DNA from: a virus | Taxonomy: Duplodnaviria; Caudoviricetes | IMG/VR virus record: IMGVR_UViG_3300028805_000037 | Location: 96,001-160,000 of that record | Reading direction: 5' to 3' (one strand) | DNA length: 64,000 nt | Shown: in pieces, positions 1 to 10,646 of the stretch | Position numbering within the stretch: position 1 is the first letter of the stretch | How the letters are laid out: each line of letters starts with the position of its first letter | Notes under the pieces: model-generated | Database searches by the model: none | Told to the model about the DNA's origin: nothing | What the model saw: only the letters and a program-made list of their open reading frames with translations | Translations under genes and position numbers: made by a program

Positions 1-3000
1 GGTAAAATATTTGTACTTGAATCTTCAATTAAAGAATACTTATCTGACAACTTATCATATTTTAATTTAATACTTGTATATTTTTGCAATATAGGATCAT
101 TAGATACAGTTTCACTTATAAAAGATTTTATATCAGGAATATCTTGCTTTAATTGTGCATCAGCAATATTATAGATCTTCTGTATACAAGTTTCTATATC
201 TGTAACTTGTGTTTTTAATTCAGAATCAATAGCTTTTAATTCATTAGCTAAATTTACATCTAAAGTTTTATCGCCTAATTTATCGTTTATACTCTTAGTA
301 ATATAATTATAAGCAGACTTAATCGATCCTTTTTGATATACAACACTACTAATTAATCTTGCGGCAGCAACTGCATTTTTTCTTAAAGAATATTTATTTA
401 AATCTTTTAATTTATTAAATATACTTCTAAAAATATTATCTGAAGTATTTAAATATCTATACTCTAAAGGTTTAACTATATTTGCTCTTACTTCAGTCAA
501 TAAATCAGAAGAATTTTGTGTATCAATAACATTACCTTTTACATCAAATAACACACAATTTGGTAATACATTACTAATTAATTTATCACTAAAATCCCAA
601 GCTTCACAATCATCTAACAATTGCTTTAGTATAGATGAGTTTTGTATTTGATTATATAAAGAAATATTTATATAATCTAAAACTTTATAATTTGCCATAG
701 CTTTAATTACATTATCTGGAACTGTACGATAAAGTCTTTGATTTTTTAACCTACTAAAAACTGTCTCAGCATTCATAAAATATTTTTGATCTATAGCATC
801 TAGCTGTAAAGACTTTAAAGTATTACTAAAAGAACCATTACTAAAATTATCTGCTACATCTAAAGCTAAATTAAATTTTTGATAATCTAAATACTCTATG
901 AAACTTGTCTTTGCTACGTCTTTATCTCCACCTAAAGATTGTCTGTACTTATAAAACAACTTATTAGCTACATACCCTACTATAGAATTTGCATTTAAAT
1001 CTAAATTGTTTTTAGTACCAGCTTCTATAATTGACTGTAATATATCCGAATTAAATACTTCTACTTTTAATTCTTGGAATATATTAAATAAACCTGGATT
1101 TTGTATATCCACCGGATCAATTTTTACTTTAAATAAATCTTTATTTTCTTCTAAAATATTTTTTAATATACTATTATAAGAATAACGCGTATCCTTTTCA
1201 GTTAATATATCTTCAATTATATTTACAATCTCATTAAAATTTAACTTTATAAAATCAATATCAATATCACTTGGATAAATATCTTTATATTTTTCTGCTT
1301 GTGCAATCAAATCTTGTACTGACTGTCTTATTTTTGCAATATCAGATAAATTTAATAAAGAAACTATACTACGTGCTGTAGTATATAATAAAGACATATC
1401 CTTATTTAATTCCTGAGCTAATGCATTTTTATTAGCTATCATTACATTATCTTTCTGTTGTAAATTTTTTAAAAAATCTTCTACATCATTAGCGTTAACT
1501 TCTTTTAAAGCATATCTTAATAATCCTACAAATTTATTATATGTACCTAACGACTGTAACATTGTATCTAATTCTTTCTGAGCTTCTTCAAGTTCAGTAT
1601 CTTCTTTAACTAATTTAGTTTTAGATTGCTTATCTCCTAAAACATTCATAACTGCACGCTCTATATAAGATACTAAATCACTTGCTTTATCCTTTGCTTC
1701 TTGAATAAACATTGGAGGTAATTGTTTAAGTGTTTTCTGATCTGTAATATTTTCTAAATTAATTTCATCAATATTATTAAATTTAGCTAATAATTGTGTT
1801 AATTTCTCGAAGTTATCAGTTAATTCGCCTTTCAATAAATTTACTAATCCAACATAATTAATAACAAATAAATTATTAATTTCAGGATTTGATTTCATTT
1901 CAGAAACTAAATCACTAAATGAAATATCTTCTAATTTATTATTTTTATAATCTTTAATATATGTTCCTAAAGAATCTAAACAAAATCTAATATTCTTTAA
2001 CATATCTCTAGAGTGTAATTCAGTAACACTAACATCTGAAACTTGCAATTGTTCATCAATAGGTCTATTTTGTTTTTGTGATACTACAGCATCAACTAAA
2101 GCCTGAGCACGCTGTACTATAGGTTTAGTTTCCTTAACTAAATCAGTTACTTTTTCTAATTCGTTATAAAGATTATCTTTATAATTTATTATATAGTCAT
2201 AATCTTTATCTTCTAATTTTACACCTTTCTCTTTTAGATAATCTTTCATATATGAAGACGTATAATATTTATTTAAAGCATCTATAACATATTCATTACG
2301 TAATGATTCAGCAACAGATGCTAACGTACCTTCGTCTAAAGCTTCTAGTCTTTGATCTACACGAGATCTATCAACTTCTGCTTCTGGAATAAGTAAATAT
2401 TTCCAAGCATCTGTATCTACAACATCTAAAGTTTTAGGTATTATTAATTTCTTATCTTCTATTAATTCATTATTACGTGTTCTATACATGTTTGGATTAA
2501 CTTTTAAATCTGCTCTAGAATCATATCCAGAAAACCCAAATTTATTTATTAAACTTTTTAACTTCTTTAAATTATTTAACTTTTCTTTTGAATTTGCAAA
2601 AACAACGTAACTAGATTTTAATGAACTCTCAATCTCTTCTGAATCTAATGATTCACGTTTTTGTTGTACATTAATATCTGTAGCTTCTTCCATCAAACGT
2701 TCTACTAAAAATATTAAAGAATCTGGATTATAATCTTTTATTATAACTTCTAAATCTTTTATTACATCATCACTTTCTGAAACTTCTTCTATATTTTTAA
2801 CAAGTAAATCATCATATAATGTTTTTAAACTTGTATAAAAATTCCAACAATTAATATCTTTTTGATTTAACTGTGACAACTTCACACCATAATTTTGTTT
2901 AATAAAATCATTATTATCTAATTTATTTAACAAACTATTTTTATTAATTAAATTAAACCAAGATGTGGTTAACTGACTCATAATTAATTGATTAAAAGGA

Positions 3001-3800
3001 ACTGTTGAACCTCTACCATTAGAAATACCAAAGGTATCACTTGCAAAATCATGATTAATAATATTTCTTAATACTATATCTTTCTTACTTGAATATAGAT
3101 ATTCTTGTGAACGTAACTTTTCTAAAATATCTTTAAGTGAATAACTATTATCTATTCCTTTAATATTTATATTAAAATCTGTATTTAAAAATTCACCTAA
3201 TAATTTATCATAACCTACTGTGCTATCTGATAGCTTACCACTTAATGATAAACTATTACATAAAACAACAGCAAAGTCACGTAAATCTTCTGTAGAAACT
3301 TCTTTATCTGTTATAACATTATCTTTTATAAAACCACGCTGAATTAACCAATCATTAATTTCTCTTTGACCTTGTCTATAACTAAAATTACTTTTATCAA
3401 TATAAGCTTTATAATTATCTAAAATAATAGGTAATAAAATTTCCATTGATGAAAATGTTACATTATTATCTTTAAATATATTTGCAGTTTTAGGAGAGTA
3501 ATTTTTTAAGAAATACCCAATAATATTCTTTTCTGTATCTTTATCTAACGTTTTTGTATCAGATACATCTTGAAGTTCTACTCTTTGTAGTCCTAAGTCA
3601 TCGTTAACTTTAAGCAATGAATTACCTAAAGATTTTACTCTATAATACTCTCCTGGATTAATTGAGCGTAACTCTATCCAATCATTATTTTCTAAAATAT
3701 ATAATTTTGAATCAGCAATATTAATAAATTGTGATCCTTCTTTAAAGTTTGTTACAGGTGGAAATTTATTTGCAATAGTATCAACTACTATATCTGCCAT
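1..3800 (-). CDS. Giant (>1266 aa) hypothetical protein, probably virion/internal; truncated by the window edge
   Basis: ATG at 3800 preceded by GAGGTG; reads MADIVVDTIANKFPPVTNF...; frame is still open at position 1 (...DSSTNIL). Absent from the ORF track, consistent with having no stop in the window; interior not translated codon by codon. Confidence 0.75.
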   Translation of the reverse strand, partial: MADIVVDTIANKFPPVTNFKEGSQFINIADSKLYILENNDWIELRSINPGEYYRVKSLGNSLLKVNDDLGLQRVELQDVSDTKTLDKDTEKNIIGYFLKNYSPKTANIFKDNNVTFSSMEILLPIILDNYKAYIDKSNFSYRQGQREINDWLIQRGFIKDNVITDKEVSTEDLRDFAVVLCNSLSLSGKLSDSTVGYDKLLGEFLNTDFNINIKGIDNSYSLKDILEKLRSQEYLYSSKKDIVLRNIINHDFASDTFGISNGRGSTVPFNQLIMSQLTTSWFNLINKNSLLNKLDNNDFIKQNYGVKLSQLNQKDINCWNFYTSLKTLYDDLLVKNIEEVSESDDVIKDLEVIIKDYNPDSLIFLVERLMEEATDINVQQKRESLDSEEIESSLKSSYVVFANSKEKLNNLKKLKSLINKFGFSGYDSRADLKVNPNMYRTRNNELIEDKKLIIPKTLDVVDTDAWKYLLIPEAEVDRSRVDQRLEALDEGTLASVAESLRNEYVIDALNKYYTSSYMKDYLKEKGVKLEDKDYDYIINYKDNLYNELEKVTDLVKETKPIVQRAQALVDAVVSQKQNRPIDEQLQVSDVSVTELHSRDMLKNIRFCLDSLGTYIKDYKNNKLEDISFSDLVSEMKSNPEINNLFVINYVGLVNLLKGELTDNFEKLTQLLAKFNNIDEINLENITDQKTLKQLPPMFIQEAKDKASDLVSYIERAVMNVLGDKQSKTKLVKEDTELEEAQKELDTMLQSLGTYNKFVGLLRYALKEVNANDVEDFLKNLQQKDNVMIANKNALAQELNKDMSLLYTTARSIVSLLNLSDIAKIRQSVQDLIAQAEKYKDIYPSDIDIDFIKLNFNEIVNIIEDILTEKDTRYSYNSILKNILEENKDLFKVKIDPVDIQNPGLFNIFQELKVEVFNSDILQSIIEAGTKNNLDLNANSIVGYVANKLFYKYRQSLGGDKDVAKTSFIEYLDYQKFNLALDVADNFSNGSFSNTLKSLQLDAIDQKYFMNAETVFSRLKNQRLYRTVPDNVIKAMANYKVLDYINISLYNQIQNSSILKQLLDDCEAWDFSDKLISNVLPNCVLFDVKGNVIDTQNSSDLLTEVRANIVKPLEYRYLNTSDNIFRSIFNKLKDLNKYSLRKNAVAAARLISSVVYQKGSIKSAYNYITKSINDKLGDKTLDVNLANELKAIDSELKTQVTDIETCIQKIYNIADAQLKQDIPDIKSFISETVSNDPILQKYTSIKLKYDKLSDKYSLIEDSSTNIL

Positions 3801-3801
3801 A

Positions 3802-4104
3802 TTACACCTCACCGTTTAAATTAATTATCGGATTTTTTACTTGATCATCTTTTATAGGATCTTCAACTTCATCAATTACTGGAATTGAGTTTATCATCTT
3901 AGTTTGTTTATCGTTTTCACCTGTCATAATAGTTACAGTTTTATCTGCATCAAGACTTGATGTATCTAATGCATTTATATTTTTTAAAAATGAACTATAT
4001 GCACTAACTTTAACATTTGATTCTTCCAAAAAATTATCAAAATCATTGTTTATAACGTTAAACTCAGTATTTAATTTACTTAACAATTCATCTATATTAT
4101 CCAT
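3802..4104 (-). CDS. Hypothetical protein
   Basis: 100-aa ORF with GAGGG RBS, tightly packed in the operon. Confidence 0.7.
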   Translation of the reverse strand: MDNIDELLSKLNTEFNVINNDFDNFLEESNVKVSAYSSFLKNINALDTSSLDADKTVTIMTGENDKQTKMINSIPVIDEVEDPIKDDQVKNPIINLNGEV

Positions 4105-4117
4105 TGAAACCCTCTTT

Positions 4118-5122
4118 TTATTTAAGAATTTCTTCTGCGTCTGCTTCTACTTCACTTTTAAAACTTTCTAAATCTTCTGATTCTGCGTTTCTATTAAATA
4201 CAGTTTGCATTACTTGATTATAAATTGAACTTTCTTTCTTAGCTACACCTGTTTCTTCAACAACTTGTTTTATTTTTGTAGGGTCCCCAGATTCTATTGC
4301 TTCACCAACTTCTTTCTTAACTTCTTCTGGTTTCGTTTGTAATACAGCAGTATCAATATCTACATCTTGACTTGCTTTCAAAACTACTTTATCACCTTTC
4401 GGAAATTTAATATTTTTTTCTGGAAATAATTTTTCAAACTCACCGTCATCTCTAATTATTTTAATTTTAACATTCTCAACAACTATATCTGGCTTAACTG
4501 TTTCTTCTTTTACTTTTACAATTGTACTTTTATCACCTGGAGTAATAACACCTTTTGTATTATCGCCTATATTTTGAATCTTATTATCAGATTTAATTGC
4601 AACTTCTTTATTAATTTCAAGAAGTTTTTCCTTTATACCTTCGGCTCTATATTTAGAACTTGCTGGATTTGTATCTGCAGCAGATCTTACAATAGATTCT
4701 TTATCAATGTTTGCTACTTTACCTAAATCTCCACCTAAATCTAAAGTATCATCCTTCTTAGGTTCCTCCTTAGACTCTTCTTTTTTAGGTTCTTCCTTCT
4801 TTTCTTCTTTTGGTTTAGGGACAGAAGTTTCATCATCTAAACTTTTTTGAACTTCTTTTGCTTTTTTTGTACTTACTGCATCAACAATTTTTACAATCAT
4901 CTTTAAAAACTCTTTTGAAATATTTCCATGATCAATACTAGATTTTGTATAATCGATCAAATCTTTAATATAGTTTTCCGGTAAAGCCTCCAATGCTTTT
5001 AAAGCTTCCTCTGCAGCCTTATTTATATCTGCAGCAGTAACTAACTTTTCCATTCCATTCTCCTGTGTAACTGTATAAGATTTTTTCTTAAAGAAATCAA
5101 ACATATATACACTCCTATTCAA
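4118..5122 (-). CDS. Charged low-complexity protein, putative head/core protein (true start probably MFDFFKKKS)
   Basis: K/E-rich; several [KR]xA motifs; GGAG lies before the second Met. Confidence 0.6.
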   Translation of the reverse strand: MNRSVYMFDFFKKKSYTVTQENGMEKLVTAADINKAAEEALKALEALPENYIKDLIDYTKSSIDHGNISKEFLKMIVKIVDAVSTKKAKEVQKSLDDETSVPKPKEEKKEEPKKEESKEEPKKDDTLDLGGDLGKVANIDKESIVRSAADTNPASSKYRAEGIKEKLLEINKEVAIKSDNKIQNIGDNTKGVITPGDKSTIVKVKEETVKPDIVVENVKIKIIRDDGEFEKLFPEKNIKFPKGDKVVLKASQDVDIDTAVLQTKPEEVKKEVGEAIESGDPTKIKQVVEETGVAKKESSIYNQVMQTVFNRNAESEDLESFKSEVEADAEEILK

Positions 5123-5621
5123 AAAGTTTATTTGGATCTTCTATAACTACTTTTATTGTTTTTTTATTTTGATTATTTGTTTCTTGTGTGTGTCTTTTTG
5201 CTTTATCTTCTACATCTGTATCAATACTCATATGTTCCGGTTCACCAAAACTTCCAGGAACATCTTTATTACTTGTAGGAAAATCTTCACCACAAGCCTC
5301 CCTATTCAACTGACCTAATCTTCTTGTCAATGGTTCAGGTAATTGAGGGATTGTCTTAACAACAATTGAACCTTTATCAACTGTACCATCTGGATTGGCT
5401 TTCTCAACTTCTCTGAGAAGTTTATAAAGCAAATAACGCGGTCCAAAACCTAATTCTACGTCTCCGATAGAAGTTACATACCAATCAATATGTCCTGGAT
5501 AGTATATAACGTAATCGCGATACATTTCATTGAATGATACTGTCAACGACTTTAATGAAAGCTCACCTTTAGGTAATTCTATCTTTTTTGATTGTATTTT
5601 GAATGTAGAAATACGCAACAT
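5115..5621 (-). CDS. Hypothetical late protein
   Basis: ORF with AGGAG RBS directly downstream of the repeated late-type motif. Confidence 0.65.
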   Translation of the reverse strand: MLRISTFKIQSKKIELPKGELSLKSLTVSFNEMYRDYVIYYPGHIDWYVTSIGDVELGFGPRYLLYKLLREVEKANPDGTVDKGSIVVKTIPQLPEPLTRRLGQLNREACGEDFPTSNKDVPGSFGEPEHMSIDTDVEDKAKRHTQETNNQNKKTIKVVIEDPNKLFE

Positions 5622-5649
5622 ATATAAAAACTCCTATTGTTTTACTCAT

Positions 5650-5670
5650 ATTATGATATAAATGTCAAGG
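5650..5670 (-). promoter_or_regulatory. Phage-specific motif copy 1 (CCTTGACA-TTTA-TATCATAAT)
   Basis: One of 7 intergenic copies, about 30 nt upstream of an ATG. Confidence 0.8.
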
Positions 5671-5672
5671 GT

Positions 5673-6677
5673 TTATTCAGTAATATATTTCCATTTATAA
5701 CCATAAGCAGATTTTCTTTTATTTTGACAACATAATGATATTTTACCACAACAATTTTTTGCGTTAATACCTAAAGCATTGCACGCTTCTTTTAAAGAAT
5801 TGTACTTAGCTTTAACTTCACCATCTATTGTATATTGTACCACTGCTTTTCTGTAAGGGGATTGCATCTTATTATTTATAAAATCTAAGCGTTCTTGAAT
5901 ACTATTTCCCTTATATAACCAAATATATTTATATGCAGATGATTGACTACCTTCGCAACTTGCACTTATGCAGCGCCTAACAGTCATTAAGTTCTTGTTT
6001 AATTTTGAGTTAAAAACTTTTGCAGCTTCTGTTATTGTAGAATATATCTTAACTAACTTACCGTCTAAAGTATACTGTGCTACTTCTCTTGTAATAGAAC
6101 TTAAATGTAAATCATGAACTTTATGTACTCGTTTAAGTCTATCTTCTATATTATTATCATACAACCAAATATAACCACCAGCTGTAGTGTATTCTCCGCG
6201 ACAACACAAGTCTATTGCTTTTACTCCAGTAGCTCTTCTGGCGTCAGACATACTATACCAAGTCTTTATAAAATTTCCTTGAAGATCATATTGAAATACT
6301 TTCTTTGCAACTGGACTTTTAAAACCTTTATTTACTCCAATATTAATATCACTTAATTTTTTACGTGTCTCATATGAAACTTCTCGGCTATTTGCAATTC
6401 CGCCATGATCTATATTATAACCAAACTCTCTTTGATCACTTTTATATAACTTTATTAACTCCTTTTCTTTCTGTGAAGCTTCATCATAAGATAAATTACT
6501 AAATAAAATTTCATGTTTTATGTTATTCCAACCATATTTATTAATCGCATATGTTAAATAAGAGTTAGTTTTATATGCACGCCCTTTACGCCAACGTCTT
6601 TCAACGTTTTGTCTTGTAACACCTATATAAATCTTATTTGATGGAGTTGTAAATTTATATACTTTATAATTATTCAT
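5673..6677 (-). CDS. GIY-YIG homing endonuclease with NUMOD1-like DNA-binding repeats
   Basis: N-terminal YKVY..KIYIGVT..RRW, ..GYNID; three repeats of VxQYxLxG..SxxEA..SAYGYxW. Confidence 0.9.
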   Translation of the reverse strand: MNNYKVYKFTTPSNKIYIGVTRQNVERRWRKGRAYKTNSYLTYAINKYGWNNIKHEILFSNLSYDEASQKEKELIKLYKSDQREFGYNIDHGGIANSREVSYETRKKLSDINIGVNKGFKSPVAKKVFQYDLQGNFIKTWYSMSDARRATGVKAIDLCCRGEYTTAGGYIWLYDNNIEDRLKRVHKVHDLHLSSITREVAQYTLDGKLVKIYSTITEAAKVFNSKLNKNLMTVRRCISASCEGSQSSAYKYIWLYKGNSIQERLDFINNKMQSPYRKAVVQYTIDGEVKAKYNSLKEACNALGINAKNCCGKISLCCQNKRKSAYGYKWKYITE

Positions 6678-6683
6678 TTTTAT

Positions 6684-6712
6684 ATTATATCAAATTTATA
6701 TTGAAAAGTCAA
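6684..6712 (-). promoter_or_regulatory. Sigma70-type promoter, leaderless, for GIY-YIG gene
   Basis: TTGACT-17-TATAAT, then 6 nt, then ATG; no Shine-Dalgarno. Confidence 0.75.
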
Positions 6713-6719
6713 CGAAATT

Positions 6720-7919
6720 TTAACGTCCAATGGCATTAAAAAGGTTACTGATAGCTCCTAATATATTTCCTGAAAGTCTTCCTGAAAGTGAAATATTTAA
6801 AGGTACTGAGCCTACAGCCGCGCCACTTTGTATATAATGTAGTTTCGCTACATCAATTAATTTATCATAGTAAGCAGTAGCTTTATCTATTGCATTCTGT
6901 ATCTTCGCACCTCTATCAATTGTAATAGATACACCAGAATCAGTGTAGCTAACATCTGTAAATGCAATACCTAAATAATGAACCATTAAAGTATATATAG
7001 CACTTCCTACCATAAGAACAGATTCTAATATTTCAGGTAATGTTTCTATTGTAAAATATGTAACCGGAGATTTTATATTTAAAGATTCCAATGCAAATTT
7101 AATACCCGCACGAATTTCATCATCAGTTGCACAATTTGTTATCCAATTTGATAACCATATCTTTAAATAATTTACAAGTCTTTGTTCTTTCGGAGTCAAT
7201 GACTTTCTAGGTAAAAAGAATCTAGACTCATATGTTTTATCTGCATTTACATATTTTATAATATAATAATAGGAATCTTTACATCTAATATCAATTGTCG
7301 GATCTGTCCATTTATTAACCCAATAACCATTAATCTGTGAATTAATTTCAGATATAACTTGGTTTTTAACATAAGGATTCTTAGAATCATAATTAACACT
7401 ATTGCTTATAACATCTGTAGAAAGCTCAGAACTTACATAAACAATAGGTAATTCAGTCATATTGAGAATTAAATCACCTACATTAAAATTCATTCTATGC
7501 CAACCTGGTTTTAATTGACCATACTGAACATTATTATAAATAACTTTATCATCTAAACAAAGTCTATAATTTCCGTTCTCATCTACAATTGAAAAAAGTT
7601 CTACCTTCTCTGGTTCTTGTGCTCCCAAAGTAAGTAAAACAGATTTACCACCTGTATATGTCAATCCTTGTAAGTATGCATCTATATCTGCATTCTTATT
7701 AAAACTTATATCCCTACATAACTCATCTTGTACAAAAGGAATCGGATGTAGATTTGTTGAAATCTCTACATCTGTTCTTACTAGATCATAACCAAAAGTC
7801 TCATGTCTAGATCTATATATTCTAACATAAGGATAAAGTATATTACCATTATCATCCAATGCAGATGTAATTGTATCGTCTGGACACCATGATATTTCAA
7901 CTGGTAACCTGAGTGTCAT
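6720..7919 (-). CDS. Putative head-tail connector/neck-like structural protein
   Basis: Lies downstream of the capsid genes; C-terminal helical domain ending SYTDSGVSITIDRG resembles neck proteins of large phages (recognition only). Confidence 0.45.
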   Translation of the reverse strand: MTLRLPVEISWCPDDTITSALDDNGNILYPYVRIYRSRHETFGYDLVRTDVEISTNLHPIPFVQDELCRDISFNKNADIDAYLQGLTYTGGKSVLLTLGAQEPEKVELFSIVDENGNYRLCLDDKVIYNNVQYGQLKPGWHRMNFNVGDLILNMTELPIVYVSSELSTDVISNSVNYDSKNPYVKNQVISEINSQINGYWVNKWTDPTIDIRCKDSYYYIIKYVNADKTYESRFFLPRKSLTPKEQRLVNYLKIWLSNWITNCATDDEIRAGIKFALESLNIKSPVTYFTIETLPEILESVLMVGSAIYTLMVHYLGIAFTDVSYTDSGVSITIDRGAKIQNAIDKATAYYDKLIDVAKLHYIQSGAAVGSVPLNISLSGRLSGNILGAISNLFNAIGR

Positions 7920-7928
7920 TAAAACCTC

Positions 7929-8402
7929 CTACTTATTAAGTGACTCTAAATAATAAAATATTTTTATAGATAAAGCTTCTACCAATGTATTAAATTCAGA
8001 AATATCATATAACTTTGTCTGACTAACAAAAGGACATATTAGATATCTTTTTTCTGTGTTTTCTTTTATACTATGATAATTATCTTTATCTACTTCACTA
8101 ATAGTTACATCATATACTTTATAGTTATTATCTGCATATATTTTTGCAAATTTTTTAAAAGCACCTTCTATCAAATCTGCTTTTATAACATCATAAAATC
8201 TATCAGAAACTTTATTATTTGATACGTCATTTAAACAGTCATATATTACTTTTTGTATATACTGTACATTCTTATCTTTTAGCTTCTGTAATTTATCTTT
8301 AAAACTAATCTCTCTAACTAAAGTAGGGTAATAAACATTTAGGTCTTCTGTACCTAAAGGTAAGTCTAATTGAGTTTCAGCTTTAATAAACCACCTAGTC
8401 AT
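7929..8402 (-). CDS. Hypothetical protein with MTRWFIKA leader
   Basis: ORF; shared N-terminal leader. Confidence 0.7.
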   Translation of the reverse strand: MTRWFIKAETQLDLPLGTEDLNVYYPTLVREISFKDKLQKLKDKNVQYIQKVIYDCLNDVSNNKVSDRFYDVIKADLIEGAFKKFAKIYADNNYKVYDVTISEVDKDNYHSIKENTEKRYLICPFVSQTKLYDISEFNTLVEALSIKIFYYLESLNK

Positions 8403-8420
8403 TTTTATTTTCCTATAAAT

Positions 8421-8615
8421 TTATTTTACTTCTTCAGCTATTATTGTATTTATATCTGTATTTGGAAATCTATAACAAAATATACTTTTAGCTTCTTGTT
8501 CATTATCTGCTTCAATAGGATGTATTTTAGGTCTAACATAATGACCATTAGCTAATTGAACTTTTATTATATACTTTTTTAAAGCAGACGCTTTTAACCA
8601 TCTAGTCATTATCAA
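8421..8615 (-). CDS. Small protein with MTRWLKAS leader (likely start at 8609)
   Basis: AGGAG RBS; shared leader. Confidence 0.7.
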   Translation of the reverse strand: MIMTRWLKASALKKYIIKVQLANGHYVRPKIHPIEADNEQEAKSIFCYRFPNTDINTIIAEEVK

Positions 8616-8618
8616 CTC

Positions 8619-9050
8619 CTATTTAACAGTTTTAACTGCCAATACATAATCTCCATTGGAATCTTTAACTGCTTTAAGTTTTACCCACCTTCTAGTATAC
8701 TCATCCCACCCGTAAATGTGCTGGTTCTTTCCGACAGAATCTTTCTCAAACAAAGGTAATACTTCTGAAGGATATACTTTTATATTTACATCAAACGTTT
8801 TAAAATCAAAAACAAATATATATGTTTTATTTGCATCTAGCTTATTTATCTGGTGATCAAGCACAACTTGAACTGTCTGCGTTACTTGATCTACTCCAAT
8901 TGTATAAACTAAAGGGTTTTTCTTTTCCTTATCTTCTAAATTATAAATCTTCAAATCTTCAAGTTTAATACCTGACACCGCATTATCATTAAATAAAAAT
9001 GAGATATTATTACTTGTCCTTCTAAAAATTCTTAAATTAATTCCTTTCAT
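8619..9050 (-). CDS. Hypothetical protein
   Basis: ORF with AAAGGAG RBS. Confidence 0.7.
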   Translation of the reverse strand: MKGINLRIFRRTSNNISFLFNDNAVSGIKLEDLKIYNLEDKEKKNPLVYTIGVDQVTQTVQVVLDHQINKLDANKTYIFVFDFKTFDVNIKVYPSEVLPLFEKDSVGKNQHIYGWDEYTRRWVKLKAVKDSNGDYVLAVKTVK

Positions 9051-9068
9051 TTTTCATTTTCTCCTTTA

Positions 9069-9785
9069 TTATTTCAACTCCTCTAATCTTTGATTAATTA
9101 TATTTAATATAGTTTTGACTTTTGTATACTTACTTATCTTAAGTAATAGTTCTTTATCTTCAAGTTTAGCTATAAATAACTTTCTATCATTAGCTTTCAT
9201 CTTTAATATCTTAGCAACGTCTTCTGGAACTTCCTCTATAACTTCTTCTTTCTTATTTAGTTCCTCTAAATCTTTTGCTTCATCTTTCAATACATCTGTA
9301 ATCTCATCTGTTTTTTCTTTTATAATCTCATTAACAGATTTTAATTGTCCTTCACCTGGTTTTTTACCTGGAAGAACTACAAACCCTGCTTCTATAGAAG
9401 CTTCATCTTTTATATTACCTTCTTTAACTACAACTTCAGATTGTTTTTCTGCTTCTATTTTTACAGATACGGGTTCTACATTACCTTCGTTTAATATATC
9501 TGCAGGAATTTCATCTTTAAATGTTCCACCTTTAGTAACTACAACTATATCTTCTTGAGTTTCTTTTTTAATTACTTGTGGTTGTTCAACCTTTGTAATT
9601 GAAGCTGGTTTGAAATAGTCATCCTGCTCAACTACCGTTATATTACCTTTTCTAATTTCTTCAACTACTGCCTTTACTTGTCTTAAGTCATTACACTTCA
9701 AAATATCAAATGTAACAATCATTCCTGGCTCAAATCTAATTCCTGCCAAACTCCAAACTCTGTTCATGTTTGATCTAATTTTCAT
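9069..9785 (-). CDS. Hypothetical protein
   Basis: ORF with AAAGGAG RBS. Confidence 0.7.
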   Translation of the reverse strand: MKIRSNMNRVWSLAGIRFEPGMIVTFDILKCNDLRQVKAVVEEIRKGNITVVEQDDYFKPASITKVEQPQVIKKETQEDIVVVTKGGTFKDEIPADILNEGNVEPVSVKIEAEKQSEVVVKEGNIKDEASIEAGFVVLPGKKPGEGQLKSVNEIIKEKTDEITDVLKDEAKDLEELNKKEEVIEEVPEDVAKILKMKANDRKLFIAKLEDKELLLKISKYTKVKTILNIINQRLEELK

Positions 9786-9807
9786 TTTTTCATTTTTCTC
9801 CTTTATT

Positions 9808-10275
9808 CTATTTTACTTCTGTATATTTTTTCCCATCTATTGTTGTTAAATTCTGCAAATACTTATCTTTAAGTTTAAATGGTATCTTGACCATCCCTAT
9901 ATGAATCCAGAACTTTCCAGATATTTTCTCCTTAATCAGCTGCCGATAACAAATATCAATCTTACCTTTTCTAATATCATCAAATACTTCATCAACTGTC
10001 TTACCTTTAACTATAAAGTCTACTGCTTCACCTAAACAATGTTGGCTGGTTTTATTTCCGCCAACTCTTTCATTTAATGCCTTTCCTCTAAATCCACTTG
10101 TAACTGTTATAGGTACTTTATAGTAATTACGAATTGGCTGAAGTATATAATTGGCAAGTATATATAAGTTATTCACATAAGGTTTCACTTCCTCATTTTG
10201 TTTGGGAAGTAAATCCTTATGTGAAGTTGTTAGTAGTTCATCGAGAGTGAAATTGGGTGAGAGTTGTGTTGTCAT
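9808..10275 (-). CDS. Peptidase M15A-family (Zn D-Ala-D-Ala type) endolysin-like protein
   Basis: LSPNFTLDEL, ITVTSGFR..LNERVGG..SQHCLGEAVD, WIHI motifs. Confidence 0.9.
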   Translation of the reverse strand: MTTQLSPNFTLDELLTTSHKDLLPKQNEEVKPYVNNLYILANYILQPIRNYYKVPITVTSGFRGKALNERVGGNKTSQHCLGEAVDFIVKGKTVDEVFDDIRKGKIDICYRQLIKEKISGKFWIHIGMVKIPFKLKDKYLQNLTTIDGKKYTEVK

Positions 10276-10283
10276 TTAATACT

Positions 10284-10646
10284 CTATATATTCTTAAGGA
10301 TGTACTTAACATCTCTATTTATCTCATCTAAAGCTGCTCTTGTTTCTTTTTGATTATCTGAAAGTTGTTGCTTTATTTCTTTTAATTCTGTTTGCATCAC
10401 GCTTAAGTCTTTATTTATAATAAGTTTTTCAGTTTCAAGATCAGCTACCCGATACTTTATTTCCTCTACATCTTTCTCCATTGCATATACTTTTGTTGGT
10501 ACTGTTTCTGAAACTTTAAGATATGTTCCATATATAAATATTAAAACAGTTCCACTTATTACGATTGCCCAAACAATTGTCTTAACATCTTTTAAAAATT
10601 TTACGGTTTTCTTAAGCATGATATACTCCAAAAAGTTAAAGTTCAA
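10284..10646 (-). CDS. Single-TM coiled-coil protein (holin-like/lysis-associated?)
   Basis: Hydrophobic IVWAIVISGTVLIFIYGTYL followed by heptad-like region; adjacent to the M15 peptidase. Confidence 0.45.
   Translation of the reverse strand: MNFNFLEYIMLKKTVKFLKDVKTIVWAIVISGTVLIFIYGTYLKVSETVPTKVYAMEKDVEEIKYRVADLETEKLIINKDLSVMQTELKEIKQQLSDNQKETRAALDEINRDVKYILKNI

Noticed and set aside
5650-5670. Reading the 7-copy motif as an ordinary sigma70 promoter
   Set aside because: No -10 hexamer at 17-nt spacing in the copies checked; conserved positions lie 5-13 nt after TTGACA
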